A stretch of DNA of 64,000 nucleotides, taken from the NCBI GenBank assembly GCA_964577565.1, contig CAZNZL010000001.1:14566-78565 (forward strand). Direction: 5' to 3'. This DNA comes from an uncultured Candidatus Saccharibacteria bacterium. GTDB taxonomy: Bacteria > Patescibacteriota > Saccharimonadia > Saccharimonadales > JAGQNJ01. A program made the translations under genes and the position numbers. How positions within the stretch are numbered: the stretch's first letter is position 1; each line of letters begins with the position of its first letter. Under the pieces are notes generated by a model. It did not search any database, had not been told where the DNA came from, and worked only from the letters and a program-made list of their open reading frames with translations. This document shows, in pieces, positions 27,856 through 36,495 of this stretch.

Positions 27856-28476
27856 TCATTCATTGCTGGTGTCCTTTATTAAGTTAGCGACTACAACTAA
27901 ACGTTGCTTTGCGGTCCACATAGGCGTACAGGTGTATAGCGTTAAAATCGGCTCTTTCGTGTTGTCCTCTACATAAACGTCAGTTGGCTCAACTACCTTA
28001 ACTTCACGCACTTGGTAGATGTACTCTTTTTCATTCCAAAAGAGCGAAAACTTATCACCCGTTTTAAGTTTATCAAGGTGATAAAAAATTGAAGGCGAAC
28101 GGTACGTAAAGCGATGAGCCACTAATACCGTATTGCCGCCCTTGTCAGGGGTGCTAGTGTGTGGCCGCCGCCAGATGCCTTTTTTTAGTGTACTGGCGTA
28201 ACGTCCTTCGTGCACCATGCCGTCAAGATTCATTTGCGGAATCACTAAACGGTTATCTTTTGCCGGCGGCTTTTCATTGTTGTCTGCATCACTGTTAAGA
28301 GCGCTGTGGTATGGCACGGATTGGTCGTTATTTTTTGACTGAAGCCAAAACAAAAGTTGCGGCCAAAAGGGCATTACAATGAGGTATAAGCCAACACACA
28401 TCACCGCTACGGTAAGAAAGTTGTTGAATATCCTCAATTTTCTGTGCTTATTTTTTGTTATCACATTTAGCGGCAT
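27856..28476 (-). CDS. sortase family transpeptidase
   Basis: N-terminal TM helix, the conserved His (VLVAHR), and the catalytic TLxTC motif (ILTLYTCTP). Confidence 0.85.
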   Translation of the reverse strand: MPLNVITKNKHRKLRIFNNFLTVAVMCVGLYLIVMPFWPQLLFWLQSKNNDQSVPYHSALNSDADNNEKPPAKDNRLVIPQMNLDGMVHEGRYASTLKKGIWRRPHTSTPDKGGNTVLVAHRFTYRSPSIFYHLDKLKTGDKFSLFWNEKEYIYQVREVKVVEPTDVYVEDNTKEPILTLYTCTPMWTAKQRLVVVANLIKDTSNE

Positions 28477-28526
28477 ACCATAAGTAGTATAACAAGTTCA
28501 GGCTCTGATGCTGCTATGATATAAAG

Positions 28527-29462
28527 ATGAAAACGGCAAAAATGCGCACAGTACCCAAAGCCTCGTTGCCGTATGATCACATTGCCCTTATCTATAACCC
28601 AAATAGTACCGGCAATGCAGCTTCGGCCGCTCGCCGACTATCAAAAAAACTTACTTCACTAACTGATGTAACGGTCGCGCTAATGCCAACACAGGCGCCA
28701 GGGCATGGCAGGCAGCTTGCGTACCAGATTGCCAAGGCCAATAAACATCCCTTAATTATATCGGTTAGTGGTGATGGTGGTTATCACGAAGTGATCAATG
28801 GTTGCATGCGAGCTGTCAGAGAAGGTAAGGCTGGTGCGCCGGTTTGTGCAGTAGAGGCTGCCGGCAATGCTAACGACCATTATGGCTATCGGCGCAAAAG
28901 TGACACCTTGCTTCAGGCAATTAAGAAAGACGCGCCAAAAAACATGGAGGTTCTTCGGGTTGAGGTCGCCAGCAAAACCAAAGCCAAGCAGGTATTATAT
29001 GCGCATTCATACTGGGGAATCGGGCTAACTTCTAAGGCAATCGATACGTTAAACCAAACCAAATTAAACCCTGTTAAAGAAAAGGTCCTGGTTGCCAAAG
29101 AGCTTATGAACCACAAGGCCATCAGTTTACAAATCAAAGGTAAAAAAGAAACCGTTAATAACATTATTGTGTCAATCGTGCCGCGCATGGCTAAATTGAT
29201 AAAAATCCAAAAACGATTGGTACAAAAACCTCGTGGTAAATTTTGGCTATTAATTGACCGCCAACACACCAAAACAGCTATCATAAAACATATTGTTAAA
29301 GGAGCTTTAAAAAATCTAAAAGACGAGAGCGGCCTAGAAGCTACCTTTTCATGCACAATGTTAGAGGCGTGGCCTATGCAGCTTGACGGTGAGGTATACC
29401 GCCTCAACAAAGGCGACAGAGTTACCATTAGCGTTGAAAAAAACGCGCTCATGACGCTGTAG
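28527..29462 (+). CDS. diacylglycerol kinase catalytic-domain lipid kinase (YegS/LCB5 family)
   Basis: ALIYNPNSTGN and ISVSGDGGYHEVING (the GDG motif) are present. TATGAT lies 6 nt upstream of the ATG. Confidence 0.8.
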   Translation: MKTAKMRTVPKASLPYDHIALIYNPNSTGNAASAARRLSKKLTSLTDVTVALMPTQAPGHGRQLAYQIAKANKHPLIISVSGDGGYHEVINGCMRAVREGKAGAPVCAVEAAGNANDHYGYRRKSDTLLQAIKKDAPKNMEVLRVEVASKTKAKQVLYAHSYWGIGLTSKAIDTLNQTKLNPVKEKVLVAKELMNHKAISLQIKGKKETVNNIIVSIVPRMAKLIKIQKRLVQKPRGKFWLLIDRQHTKTAIIKHIVKGALKNLKDESGLEATFSCTMLEAWPMQLDGEVYRLNKGDRVTISVEKNALMTL

Positions 29463-29500
29463 TTTGAAACAGCAGCGCTTGGTAGGGTAAAGTAGATACA

Positions 29501-30757
29501 ATGGATAAATACAAAAACCAGTTTCCTAAAAATTTTTTATGGGGCGCAAGTACGGCCAGCCATCAGGTTGAGGGGGGTAACCATAATCAGTGGAGCGTGT
29601 GGGAACTACAATACGCGCAAGATTTAGCTAAAACTGCAAAAGAACGCCTTGGTTGGATGCCCAACTGGGAGCATATTAAAGATCAGGCTGAAGACCCAAA
29701 CAATTATATCTCTGGCCGCGGTGTCGATCACTACAAAAAATATAAAGATGACTTCAAGCTCATTAAGCAGTTAAATCTAAACAGCTTTCGGTTTGGTATT
29801 GAATGGTCGCGGCTAGAACCGCAAGAGGGCAAGTGGGACCCTAGCGCAGTTGATTACTATCGCAATTACATAAAAGAACTCAAAAAACAGGGCATCGAGC
29901 CAATGCTTAATATTTGGCACTGGACGTTGCCGGTGTGGTTTGCAGACCGTGGTGGGTTTAAAAAGGGTGAAAACCTAAAGTACTGGGACCGTTTTGTTAC
30001 AAAGGTGTCAGAAGAGTTCGGGCCATTAGTGCGTAATATCATTACTATCAACGAGCCAAATGTATACACCAGCCATTCGTACGCAATGGGCTGGTGGCCT
30101 CCCCAAGAAAAAAACTGGGCGAACGCTTCATTTGTTATTTGGAACCTTGTGCGCGCTCATAAGCGTGCGTACCGGATTCTAAAAAAACGTAAACCCAGTC
30201 TTAATATCGGTGTTGCTACGCAGCTGGCTAATATTCAGGCCAAGCGGCCGCACAACATCATTGACCAAGTCATGACCAAATGGATGCGCTATTTCTGGAA
30301 CTGGTGGTTTTTAAACCGCATCAATAAATACCAAGATTTTGTTGGTTTTAACTTTTACTTTTCTGATTACTACAAGGGTACGCAGCGGGCTAACCCAGAA
30401 GTGCCCACCAGTGATCTTAATTGGTATATGGAGCCAGAAGGCTTGTATCAGTTATTGCTGCGCGTATGGGCGCGCTACCAAAAGCCAATTATCGTCACCG
30501 AAAACGGCGTTGCCGACAGCGATGAGCAGTATCGCCAGTGGTGGCTAGAAGAAACTATTGTGGCCATGGAGAAAGCCCTAAGCGAGGGCGTAAAGCTAGT
30601 GGGCTACTACCATTGGAGCTTGCTTGATAACTTTGAGTGGGCGTTTGGCTGGTGGCCAAAATTTGGCCTGGTTGAGGTAGATCGTAAAACCATGAAACGC
30701 GAGCTTCGCCCCAGTGCAAAATGGTTTGCCAAAGAAGTAAAACGCATTCGGTCCTAA
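29501..30757 (+). CDS. GH1 family beta-glucosidase
   Basis: FLWGASTASHQVEGG at the N-terminus, TINEPN (acid/base Glu) and IIVTENG (nucleophile Glu) are present. Confidence 0.9.
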   Translation: MDKYKNQFPKNFLWGASTASHQVEGGNHNQWSVWELQYAQDLAKTAKERLGWMPNWEHIKDQAEDPNNYISGRGVDHYKKYKDDFKLIKQLNLNSFRFGIEWSRLEPQEGKWDPSAVDYYRNYIKELKKQGIEPMLNIWHWTLPVWFADRGGFKKGENLKYWDRFVTKVSEEFGPLVRNIITINEPNVYTSHSYAMGWWPPQEKNWANASFVIWNLVRAHKRAYRILKKRKPSLNIGVATQLANIQAKRPHNIIDQVMTKWMRYFWNWWFLNRINKYQDFVGFNFYFSDYYKGTQRANPEVPTSDLNWYMEPEGLYQLLLRVWARYQKPIIVTENGVADSDEQYRQWWLEETIVAMEKALSEGVKLVGYYHWSLLDNFEWAFGWWPKFGLVEVDRKTMKRELRPSAKWFAKEVKRIRS

Positions 30758-30775
30758 AGTAAAAAGACTATATTC

Positions 30776-30804
30776 TTGACAAAGCGTAACGGTTATGCTA
30801 TACT
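30776..30804 (+). promoter_or_regulatory. consensus sigma-70 promoter (TTGACA, 17 nt spacer, TATACT) 7 nt upstream of the ATG at 30812; predicts a leaderless mRNA
   Basis: The sequence reads TTGACAaagcgtaacggttatgcTATACTgcaaagtATG. Confidence 0.65.
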
Positions 30805-30811
30805 GCAAAGT

Positions 30812-31183
30812 ATGGAAAATCCCAACAAATTAGTACCAAAAAATCGAGCCCAAGCATTACGTCGTCAAGTAGGCGCTGTAACTCTAACAGGCTTAGCCTT
30901 GGTAGGCGGCAAAGTTGCTCACGATGCGATTACTAGCGAAGCTGCCCCTCGACCAACCAGAGATGTACAGGTAGAGGCAGGTGATGTAGGTGTTGTATGG
31001 GATGAGGCTCGAACATTTGCAAAAGCACAAAATGTCGATACACGAGACGTTGTAGACGACATTAGAGAGGCTTCTCCTGACTATCAAGATGGTGTGGCCA
31101 ATCCTGGTGATGTACTTCATGTACCGCTAACTGATGAAGAAATTGCTGCTAAAGAACAAGCCGATGACCAACCGCGCGGATAA
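30812..31183 (+). CDS. hypothetical membrane-anchored protein
   Basis: MENPNKL..., one TM helix (VTLTGLALVGGKVA) and an acidic C-terminal domain. I prefer the start at 30812 because of the promoter geometry. Confidence 0.5.
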   Translation: MENPNKLVPKNRAQALRRQVGAVTLTGLALVGGKVAHDAITSEAAPRPTRDVQVEAGDVGVVWDEARTFAKAQNVDTRDVVDDIREASPDYQDGVANPGDVLHVPLTDEEIAAKEQADDQPRG

Positions 31184-31204
31184 ATTTAAATAGTCTAATA
31201 ATTG

Positions 31205-31238
31205 CTCACTACACTATATGTTGTGGTGAGTTTTTTTT
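31205..31238 (+). terminator. rho-independent terminator
   Basis: A 9-bp stem (CTCACTACA / TGTGGTGAG, with one G-T pair), an 8-nt loop, and then eight T. Confidence 0.7.
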
Positions 31239-31294
31239 GTGGACACAATTGTGGATAAGTATGTCAAAAACATATGAAAAACCTCAAAAAGTGC

Positions 31295-31346
31295 TTGCAA
31301 GTGGGTAGTGGTGGGTTGTATGCTCTTGGTAGTGGGTAGACGTGGG
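31295..31346 (+). promoter_or_regulatory. putative dcw promoter (TTGCAA, 18 nt spacer, TATGCT) overlapped by four GTGGG boxes (candidate MraZ operator)
   Basis: GTGGG occurs at 31301, 31311, 31332 and 31342. That makes two pairs with exact 10-bp spacing, with the pairs 21 bp apart, located 75-120 nt upstream of mraZ. Confidence 0.6.
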
Positions 31347-31418
31347 TAACCCATCCTAAACCAAAAAACAAAAACAACCACGAGAGAATTAATAACAAGA
31401 GAGATCCCTGACTTTACA

Positions 31419-31772
31419 ATGGTGGACTACTTCGAGAGAAAACTTGACGATAAGCGTCGGCTGACAATTCCGGCTGAGCTTAGAGCCGAGTTTGACAGCG
31501 GTGTAGTCATAACCCGTGGGTTCAAGCAATATTTGCACATGTACCCAAAGTCTGTCTGGGATGAACTGGTTGAGCCGCAGCTTCAGGGTAGTATCCTTGA
31601 TGAGAAAGTGGCCGACCTTAACGTTCAGTTCAGGCTAGGCAAGACGGATAACACCATAGATAGCAAACAGGGACGCGTTACACTCGAGCAGCACTTGCTT
31701 GACTATGCCGGTATTCGACGAAACGTCGTAGCAGTACGGGCAGGCAAGTATTGGCGTATTTCAGCCGCTTGA
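31419..31772 (+). CDS. mraZ: transcriptional regulator MraZ
   Basis: 117 aa with two DXXXR-type repeats (LDDKRRLTIPAELR and DSKQGRVTLEQHL). It is the first gene of the dcw cluster. Confidence 0.8.
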   Translation: MVDYFERKLDDKRRLTIPAELRAEFDSGVVITRGFKQYLHMYPKSVWDELVEPQLQGSILDEKVADLNVQFRLGKTDNTIDSKQGRVTLEQHLLDYAGIRRNVVAVRAGKYWRISAA

Positions 31773-31986
31773 GTGGTGGTTGTAACCCCGTACCTTAACA
31801 AACAATAGCAAAAGAAATTATCAAATTTCATACTTGTGTGCTATACAAGGAAGCAAAGAAAGCGCAGTGAAGCGTATATGCGATACGGTGAGCGAGCATT
31901 TCTGAAGCTGACGAAGCAGAGCGCCAAGAGTGATCGCGGTGCAGTCAGCTGAGCTGACTGGCAGGCGAGCACGGTATGAATTTTGA

Positions 31987-32008
31987 GGTCAGCTATTCGG
32001 CAGTCAAC
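31987..32008. repeat. left arm of a 22-nt inverted repeat in the mraZ-rsmH spacer
   Basis: GGTCAGCTATTCGGCAGTCAAC is complementary to 32211-32232. As RNA this gives 20 Watson-Crick pairs, 1 G-U pair and 1 mismatch. Confidence 0.85.
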
Positions 32009-32210
32009 AAGTGGGCGAAGGTAACCACTTAAAACACCTTAGCACTTTGCATAAAACACCTCCCAAAACTCCACCTCACACAAAAGTCTCTCAAACTGCA
32101 AAATTGGTAAAAAGCACAAGCGTGATTTAACCCAAATCACACTCGTTTATAGCTCTTTACTACAAAAGTTTTGCAGGCTAACAAAAACAAAAACAATCAA
32201 AAAACAAAAA

Positions 32211-32232
32211 GTTGACTGCTGAATAGGTGACC
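32211..32232. repeat. right arm of the 22-nt inverted repeat
   Basis: The sequence is GTTGACTGCTGAATAGGTGACC. It ends 29 nt upstream of the rsmH ATG. Confidence 0.85.
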
Positions 32233-32261
32233 TTACAAAACAAAAATGTAAAAATAAAAAG

Positions 32262-33152
32262 ATGAAGGATCACCAAACCAATCATCACCACCCAGTGTTG
32301 CTATATGAAGTGCTTGAGCAGCTGGCGCCAGAAAAGGGGGATAGGCTCCTTGATGTGACGGCAGGCTACGGTGGGCACGCCAGGGCAATACTGGAACGGA
32401 CAGGCCAAATGCAGAATAGCGTGCTTATTGACCGCGACATCAATGCGGTCAAGGTGCTGAAAAAGCAGTTTGCGGACCAGGGTATTGAAATCACCCATAG
32501 TGATTTTGCCCGCGCCACGAAGCAGCTTGCAGCAACAGCAAGGCGATTTGAGCTAATTTTGGCCGACCTGGGCGTTTCATCGCCGCACCTTAACAACGCA
32601 AGTAGAGGTTTCTCGTTTCAGCAAGACGGGCCACTTGATATGCGCATGGACGACTCGTTAGAGTTAACCGCTGCAGATCTCGTGAATACGTCTAGTGAAG
32701 CAGCCCTTGTTGATATGCTCCGTACGTACGGAGAAGAGCCAAAAGCAACCAAAATTGCCCAAGCAATTATTCAACACCGACCCATCGAGACAACCACACA
32801 ACTTGCACAACTTGTTACCGCCGTTTATGGGGGTAGGGGAAGATACAAAGTACACCCTGCGACCAAGACGTTTCAGGCGCTACGAATAGCTGTTAATGAC
32901 GAGCTAAACCAACTGCGCGCAGCATTGCCGCTCTGGCTTGATATGCTGGCCTCAGGAGGTAGAATTGCTATCATTAGCTTTCATAGCCTTGAAGATCGCA
33001 TAGTCAAACAAATATTACAGGACAATGCCGGTAACCGCTACGACGCAACGATTACCGTACTAACCAAAAAACCAGTTGTGTCAGGCAAAGAAGAACTAGT
33101 TTTCAATCCGCGAGCTCGGAGTGCTAAGCTCAGAGCCGCAGTGAAAAAATAA
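32262..33152 (+). CDS. rsmH: 16S rRNA (cytosine1402-N4)-methyltransferase
   Basis: HHPVLLYEVLEQL, DVTAGYGGHA, ADLGVSSPHL and SFHSLEDRIVK are present. Confidence 0.95.
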   Translation: MKDHQTNHHHPVLLYEVLEQLAPEKGDRLLDVTAGYGGHARAILERTGQMQNSVLIDRDINAVKVLKKQFADQGIEITHSDFARATKQLAATARRFELILADLGVSSPHLNNASRGFSFQQDGPLDMRMDDSLELTAADLVNTSSEAALVDMLRTYGEEPKATKIAQAIIQHRPIETTTQLAQLVTAVYGGRGRYKVHPATKTFQALRIAVNDELNQLRAALPLWLDMLASGGRIAIISFHSLEDRIVKQILQDNAGNRYDATITVLTKKPVVSGKEELVFNPRARSAKLRAAVKK

Positions 33153-33303
33153 AAACAGAAAGGGAAGCTCATGCCAATTCAGGTAAAAGGTAGCTCCCGC
33201 ACTTACAAGGTACGCGTAAAAGTACTATAAGTGCCAAAAAAGCTCTTCGTGCTCGTAACCCGGGTGCGAAGAGCACCAATACAAACATAAAAACAAACAT
33301 CTT

Positions 33304-33651
33304 ATGACATATTCAAGTACCCTTGCGGCTGGCCGAGGCCAATACATGCGCCGCAACCAAAATACAACCACCTTTAAAGCTAAAGAGAATGCCATCGGGC
33401 CTGTTAGCAACACGATTATTCTAATTGTGTTAGCATGTTTATTGGGTCTTTTGTATCTGACGCAGGTAACCAAGACCAATGCATTTGGTTATCGTATTAA
33501 TGCGCTGAATGAGCAGCAACAAAGCTTGCAACAAGAGCATGACGAGTTAGAAGTAGCCTCTGCACGTTTACAGGCAGTTGATCGCGTGAAAGCAAGCGAG
33601 CCTGCCAACCAGCTCGTTTCAGCAGCCCCAAGCACTACACTACAAAATTAG
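33304..33651 (+). CDS. ftsL: FtsL-like cell division protein (TM helix plus coiled coil)
   Basis: 115 aa with a single TM helix (IILIVLACLLGLLYL) followed by a heptad-like Q/L/E-rich segment. It sits between rsmH and ftsI. The call rests on position and architecture. Confidence 0.6.
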   Translation: MTYSSTLAAGRGQYMRRNQNTTTFKAKENAIGPVSNTIILIVLACLLGLLYLTQVTKTNAFGYRINALNEQQQSLQQEHDELEVASARLQAVDRVKASEPANQLVSAAPSTTLQN

Positions 33652-33657
33652 GAGCCT

Positions 33658-35427
33658 ATGCAACCAACACACGCCGGCGAGACCAGACATCATTTATTTC
33701 GTATTCGTTTATGGTACGGAATTTTGGTTATTGTGGTTGGTATTTTTTTGGTGCGGTTGTTTTATCTTCAGGTTATCAAACATGATTTTTATAAAACAGC
33801 GGCTTTGAGCGGCCAGTATAAAGAGTACGAGATACAGCCCAGAAGAGGCGTTATCGAGGTTAAAAACGGCGAACAGACTGTCCCAATCGTCTTAAATGAG
33901 GTCAAGTATACGCTTTTTGCCGACCCGGTTTATGTTAAAGACAAGCAAGATGCAGCCGAGAAAATACAATCAGTCATTGGCGGCAAGACAGAAGACATTA
34001 CAAAGCAGCTTGATAAAGATACGCGTTACGCAGTACTGGCGAAAAAGCTTGATAAGGGTCACAAAGAGCAGATCGAAAAACTTAAAATTAAAGGCGTTGG
34101 TTTGCGGGAACACTCTTATAGAACGTACCCGCAAGGCGAATTAGCTGCGAATGTACTTGGCTTTGTGAACGATGAAGGTGAAGGCAAGTACGGCATTGAA
34201 CAAGCGCTTGATAAAGAGTTGGGGGGCAAGCCGGGGCAGCTAAAAGCCATTACTGATGCACGCGGTGTGCCGCTGGTTGCTAACCACGACAATGTTATTG
34301 AAGAGCCGCTTGACGGCAAACGGGTGGTGCTAACACTAGATTTACCAATGCAGCAGCAAGTAGAAGAGTTTTTAAAAACCGGGCTTGAAGCAAGCAAGTC
34401 TGAATCTGGCAGCGTGTTTATTATGGAGGCCAAAACAGGCGCCATTAAAGCAATGGCGAGTTATCCTACCTATAATCCTGCAGAGTTCTTTAAGCAAGAG
34501 GACGCCCGGGCGTTTAATAATATTAACGTCAGTGCACCGTATGAGATCGGCTCTGTTATGAAACCGCTTACTATGGCAGCCGCTCTTAATACAGGCGCGG
34601 TTGATCGAAATACCAGTTTTTATGACCCGGGATTTATGCAAATTGATGATGCCAAAATTACCAATGTTGAAGAATCAGGCGGGGCGGGTACCCGTAGTAT
34701 GGCAGATATTTTGCGCCTGTCGTTAAACACGGGGACAGCGTGGCTGCTAATGCAAATGGGCGGAGGTACCATTAACGAGAAAGCTCGTACCACCTGGCAT
34801 GATTACATGGTAAATAAGTATCGTTTTACGCACAAAACTGGCATTGAGCAAGGGTTTGAGGGCACGGGGGTTGTGCCTGATCCAAACGAGGGTTTTGGGC
34901 TCAATATTCAATACGCCAACACAGCATTTGGGCAGGGTATGACGGCAACCCCGATTCAGACGGGGGCTGCCATAGCGAGTGTTCTTAATGGCGGCACGTA
35001 CTATCGCCCGCGGCTGGTAGCAGAAGTGATTAGTCCCGACGGAACAATAGAAAAGAAAAAACCAGACGTAATTAGTAATAATATTGTGAGCCGACAAACG
35101 AGCGACACTGTTCGTGACTTCATGGTCAACGTTATAAATTCTAACCACCGTGTCTATGGTCTACAAACGCTTCGCCCAAATTATTTAATAGGCGGAAAAA
35201 CTGGAACGGCCCAAATTGCTGATCCGGCAGGGGGTTATTATGAAGACAAATATAACGGTAGTTTTATAGGTTTTGTGGGCGGTGATGAAGTTGAGTATGT
35301 GATTATTGTGAGGGTAGATGCGCCGTCAGTACCTGGGTACGCGGGTTCAAAGGCAGCCGGGCCTATTTTCAGCAATATTACGAATGCATTAATTGATAAT
35401 TTTGGTGTGTTACCAAAGAGTAATTAA
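33658..35427 (+). CDS. ftsI: class B penicillin-binding protein (FtsI/PBP2 type transpeptidase)
   Basis: N-terminal TM helix, SxxK (GSVMKP), SxN (SLNTG) and KTG (GKTGTA). Confidence 0.9.
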   Translation: MQPTHAGETRHHLFRIRLWYGILVIVVGIFLVRLFYLQVIKHDFYKTAALSGQYKEYEIQPRRGVIEVKNGEQTVPIVLNEVKYTLFADPVYVKDKQDAAEKIQSVIGGKTEDITKQLDKDTRYAVLAKKLDKGHKEQIEKLKIKGVGLREHSYRTYPQGELAANVLGFVNDEGEGKYGIEQALDKELGGKPGQLKAITDARGVPLVANHDNVIEEPLDGKRVVLTLDLPMQQQVEEFLKTGLEASKSESGSVFIMEAKTGAIKAMASYPTYNPAEFFKQEDARAFNNINVSAPYEIGSVMKPLTMAAALNTGAVDRNTSFYDPGFMQIDDAKITNVEESGGAGTRSMADILRLSLNTGTAWLLMQMGGGTINEKARTTWHDYMVNKYRFTHKTGIEQGFEGTGVVPDPNEGFGLNIQYANTAFGQGMTATPIQTGAAIASVLNGGTYYRPRLVAEVISPDGTIEKKKPDVISNNIVSRQTSDTVRDFMVNVINSNHRVYGLQTLRPNYLIGGKTGTAQIADPAGGYYEDKYNGSFIGFVGGDEVEYVIIVRVDAPSVPGYAGSKAAGPIFSNITNALIDNFGVLPKSN

Positions 35428-35451
35428 GGTTATAATAAGCGGTAACACATT

Positions 35452-36495
35452 ATGACACCAACACTCGATATTATCGTAAATAGTAGCACCGTGATTCGTG
35501 TTCTTGGGCTTGGTTTTATTGCATTTTTGCTCAGTATAATCATTACGCCTATTTATACAACAGCTAGCTACCGCTGGCAGTGGTGGAAAAAGCCACGAAC
35601 AACAAGCGTAACCGGCGAGGTTGCCAAGGTATTCACCAAACTTCATGCTAAAAAACACGAACGCCATATTCCGACCATGGCCGGGATTATTTTTTTAGTG
35701 TCTGTAGCAATCGTTACGTTGTTATTTAACCTGGAGCGGACCGAAACCTGGCTGCCCTTAGCTGCCTTTGCCGGAGCAGGCATGGTTGGGTTGCTTGATG
35801 ACATTATTAACATTCGCGGCACAGGCAATGGCGTGGCAGGCTTGCCCTCAAAACTTAAGCTGTTGTTGACTACTGTAGTGGCGGCTATTGGCGGCTGGTT
35901 TTTTTATTTTAAGCTTGACGTTAGTGATATTCACATACCGTTTATAGGGGAATGGCAACTTGGCATTCTTATAATTCCGCTGTTTATATTTGTAGTGGTA
36001 GCAACCGCAAACGCTGTTAATATAACTGACGGATTAGATGGGTTAGCGGGTGGTTTAACGGCAATTGCATTTGCGGTGTATGCAGTTATTGCATTTCTAG
36101 AAGGGCGATACGGAATTGCTGGTTTTTGTATGACGGTTGTCGGAGGTTTAATGGCCTACACCTGGTTCAATATTTATCCGGCCCGCTTCTTTATGGGTGA
36201 CGTTGGCTCATTTGCGTTAGGTACTGCTTTAGGCGTTATTGCCATGCTGACCAACACCGTCACGCTACTACCCATTATTGGTATTTTGTTTGTGGCAGAA
36301 ACAGGTTCGGTCATTTTGCAGGTAGCATCAAAGAAGCTGCGCAATGGTAAGAAAATTTTTAAGGTTTCGCCTCTACATCATCATTTCGAGGCGAGCGGCT
36401 GGCCTGAAACAAAGGTTACGATGCGTTTCTGGGTCTTAGGGCAGGTGGCTGCCGTGGTTGGGCTTATCTTGTTTATAGTTGGAGGATATATCTAA
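35452..36495 (+). CDS. mraY: phospho-N-acetylmuramoyl-pentapeptide transferase
   Basis: A polytopic membrane protein with NAVNITDGLDGLAGG and PARFFMGDVGS. Confidence 0.95.
   Translation: MTPTLDIIVNSSTVIRVLGLGFIAFLLSIIITPIYTTASYRWQWWKKPRTTSVTGEVAKVFTKLHAKKHERHIPTMAGIIFLVSVAIVTLLFNLERTETWLPLAAFAGAGMVGLLDDIINIRGTGNGVAGLPSKLKLLLTTVVAAIGGWFFYFKLDVSDIHIPFIGEWQLGILIIPLFIFVVVATANAVNITDGLDGLAGGLTAIAFAVYAVIAFLEGRYGIAGFCMTVVGGLMAYTWFNIYPARFFMGDVGSFALGTALGVIAMLTNTVTLLPIIGILFVAETGSVILQVASKKLRNGKKIFKVSPLHHHFEASGWPETKVTMRFWVLGQVAAVVGLILFIVGGYI

Noticed and set aside
31908-31914. Additional CUGANGA strings that might indicate further hammerheads: CTGACGA at 31908-31914 (+), CTGAGGA at 43739-43745 (+), and CTGATGA inside ftsW (about 37433) and inside the 30812 gene (about 31127).
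   Set aside because: None is followed by a stem II hairpin immediately joined to GAA, and none has flanking complementary stems I and III. The last two lie within well-supported coding sequence.
31987-32232. A firm call of the 246-bp unit bounded by 22-bp inverted repeats as a MITE (mobile_element).
   Set aside because: There is no target-site duplication at the borders (ttttga / ttacaa), and I found no second copy in this 64-kb window. The nested internal helices fit an RNA structure equally well. I report it as a finding with both interpretations rather than as a mobile element.
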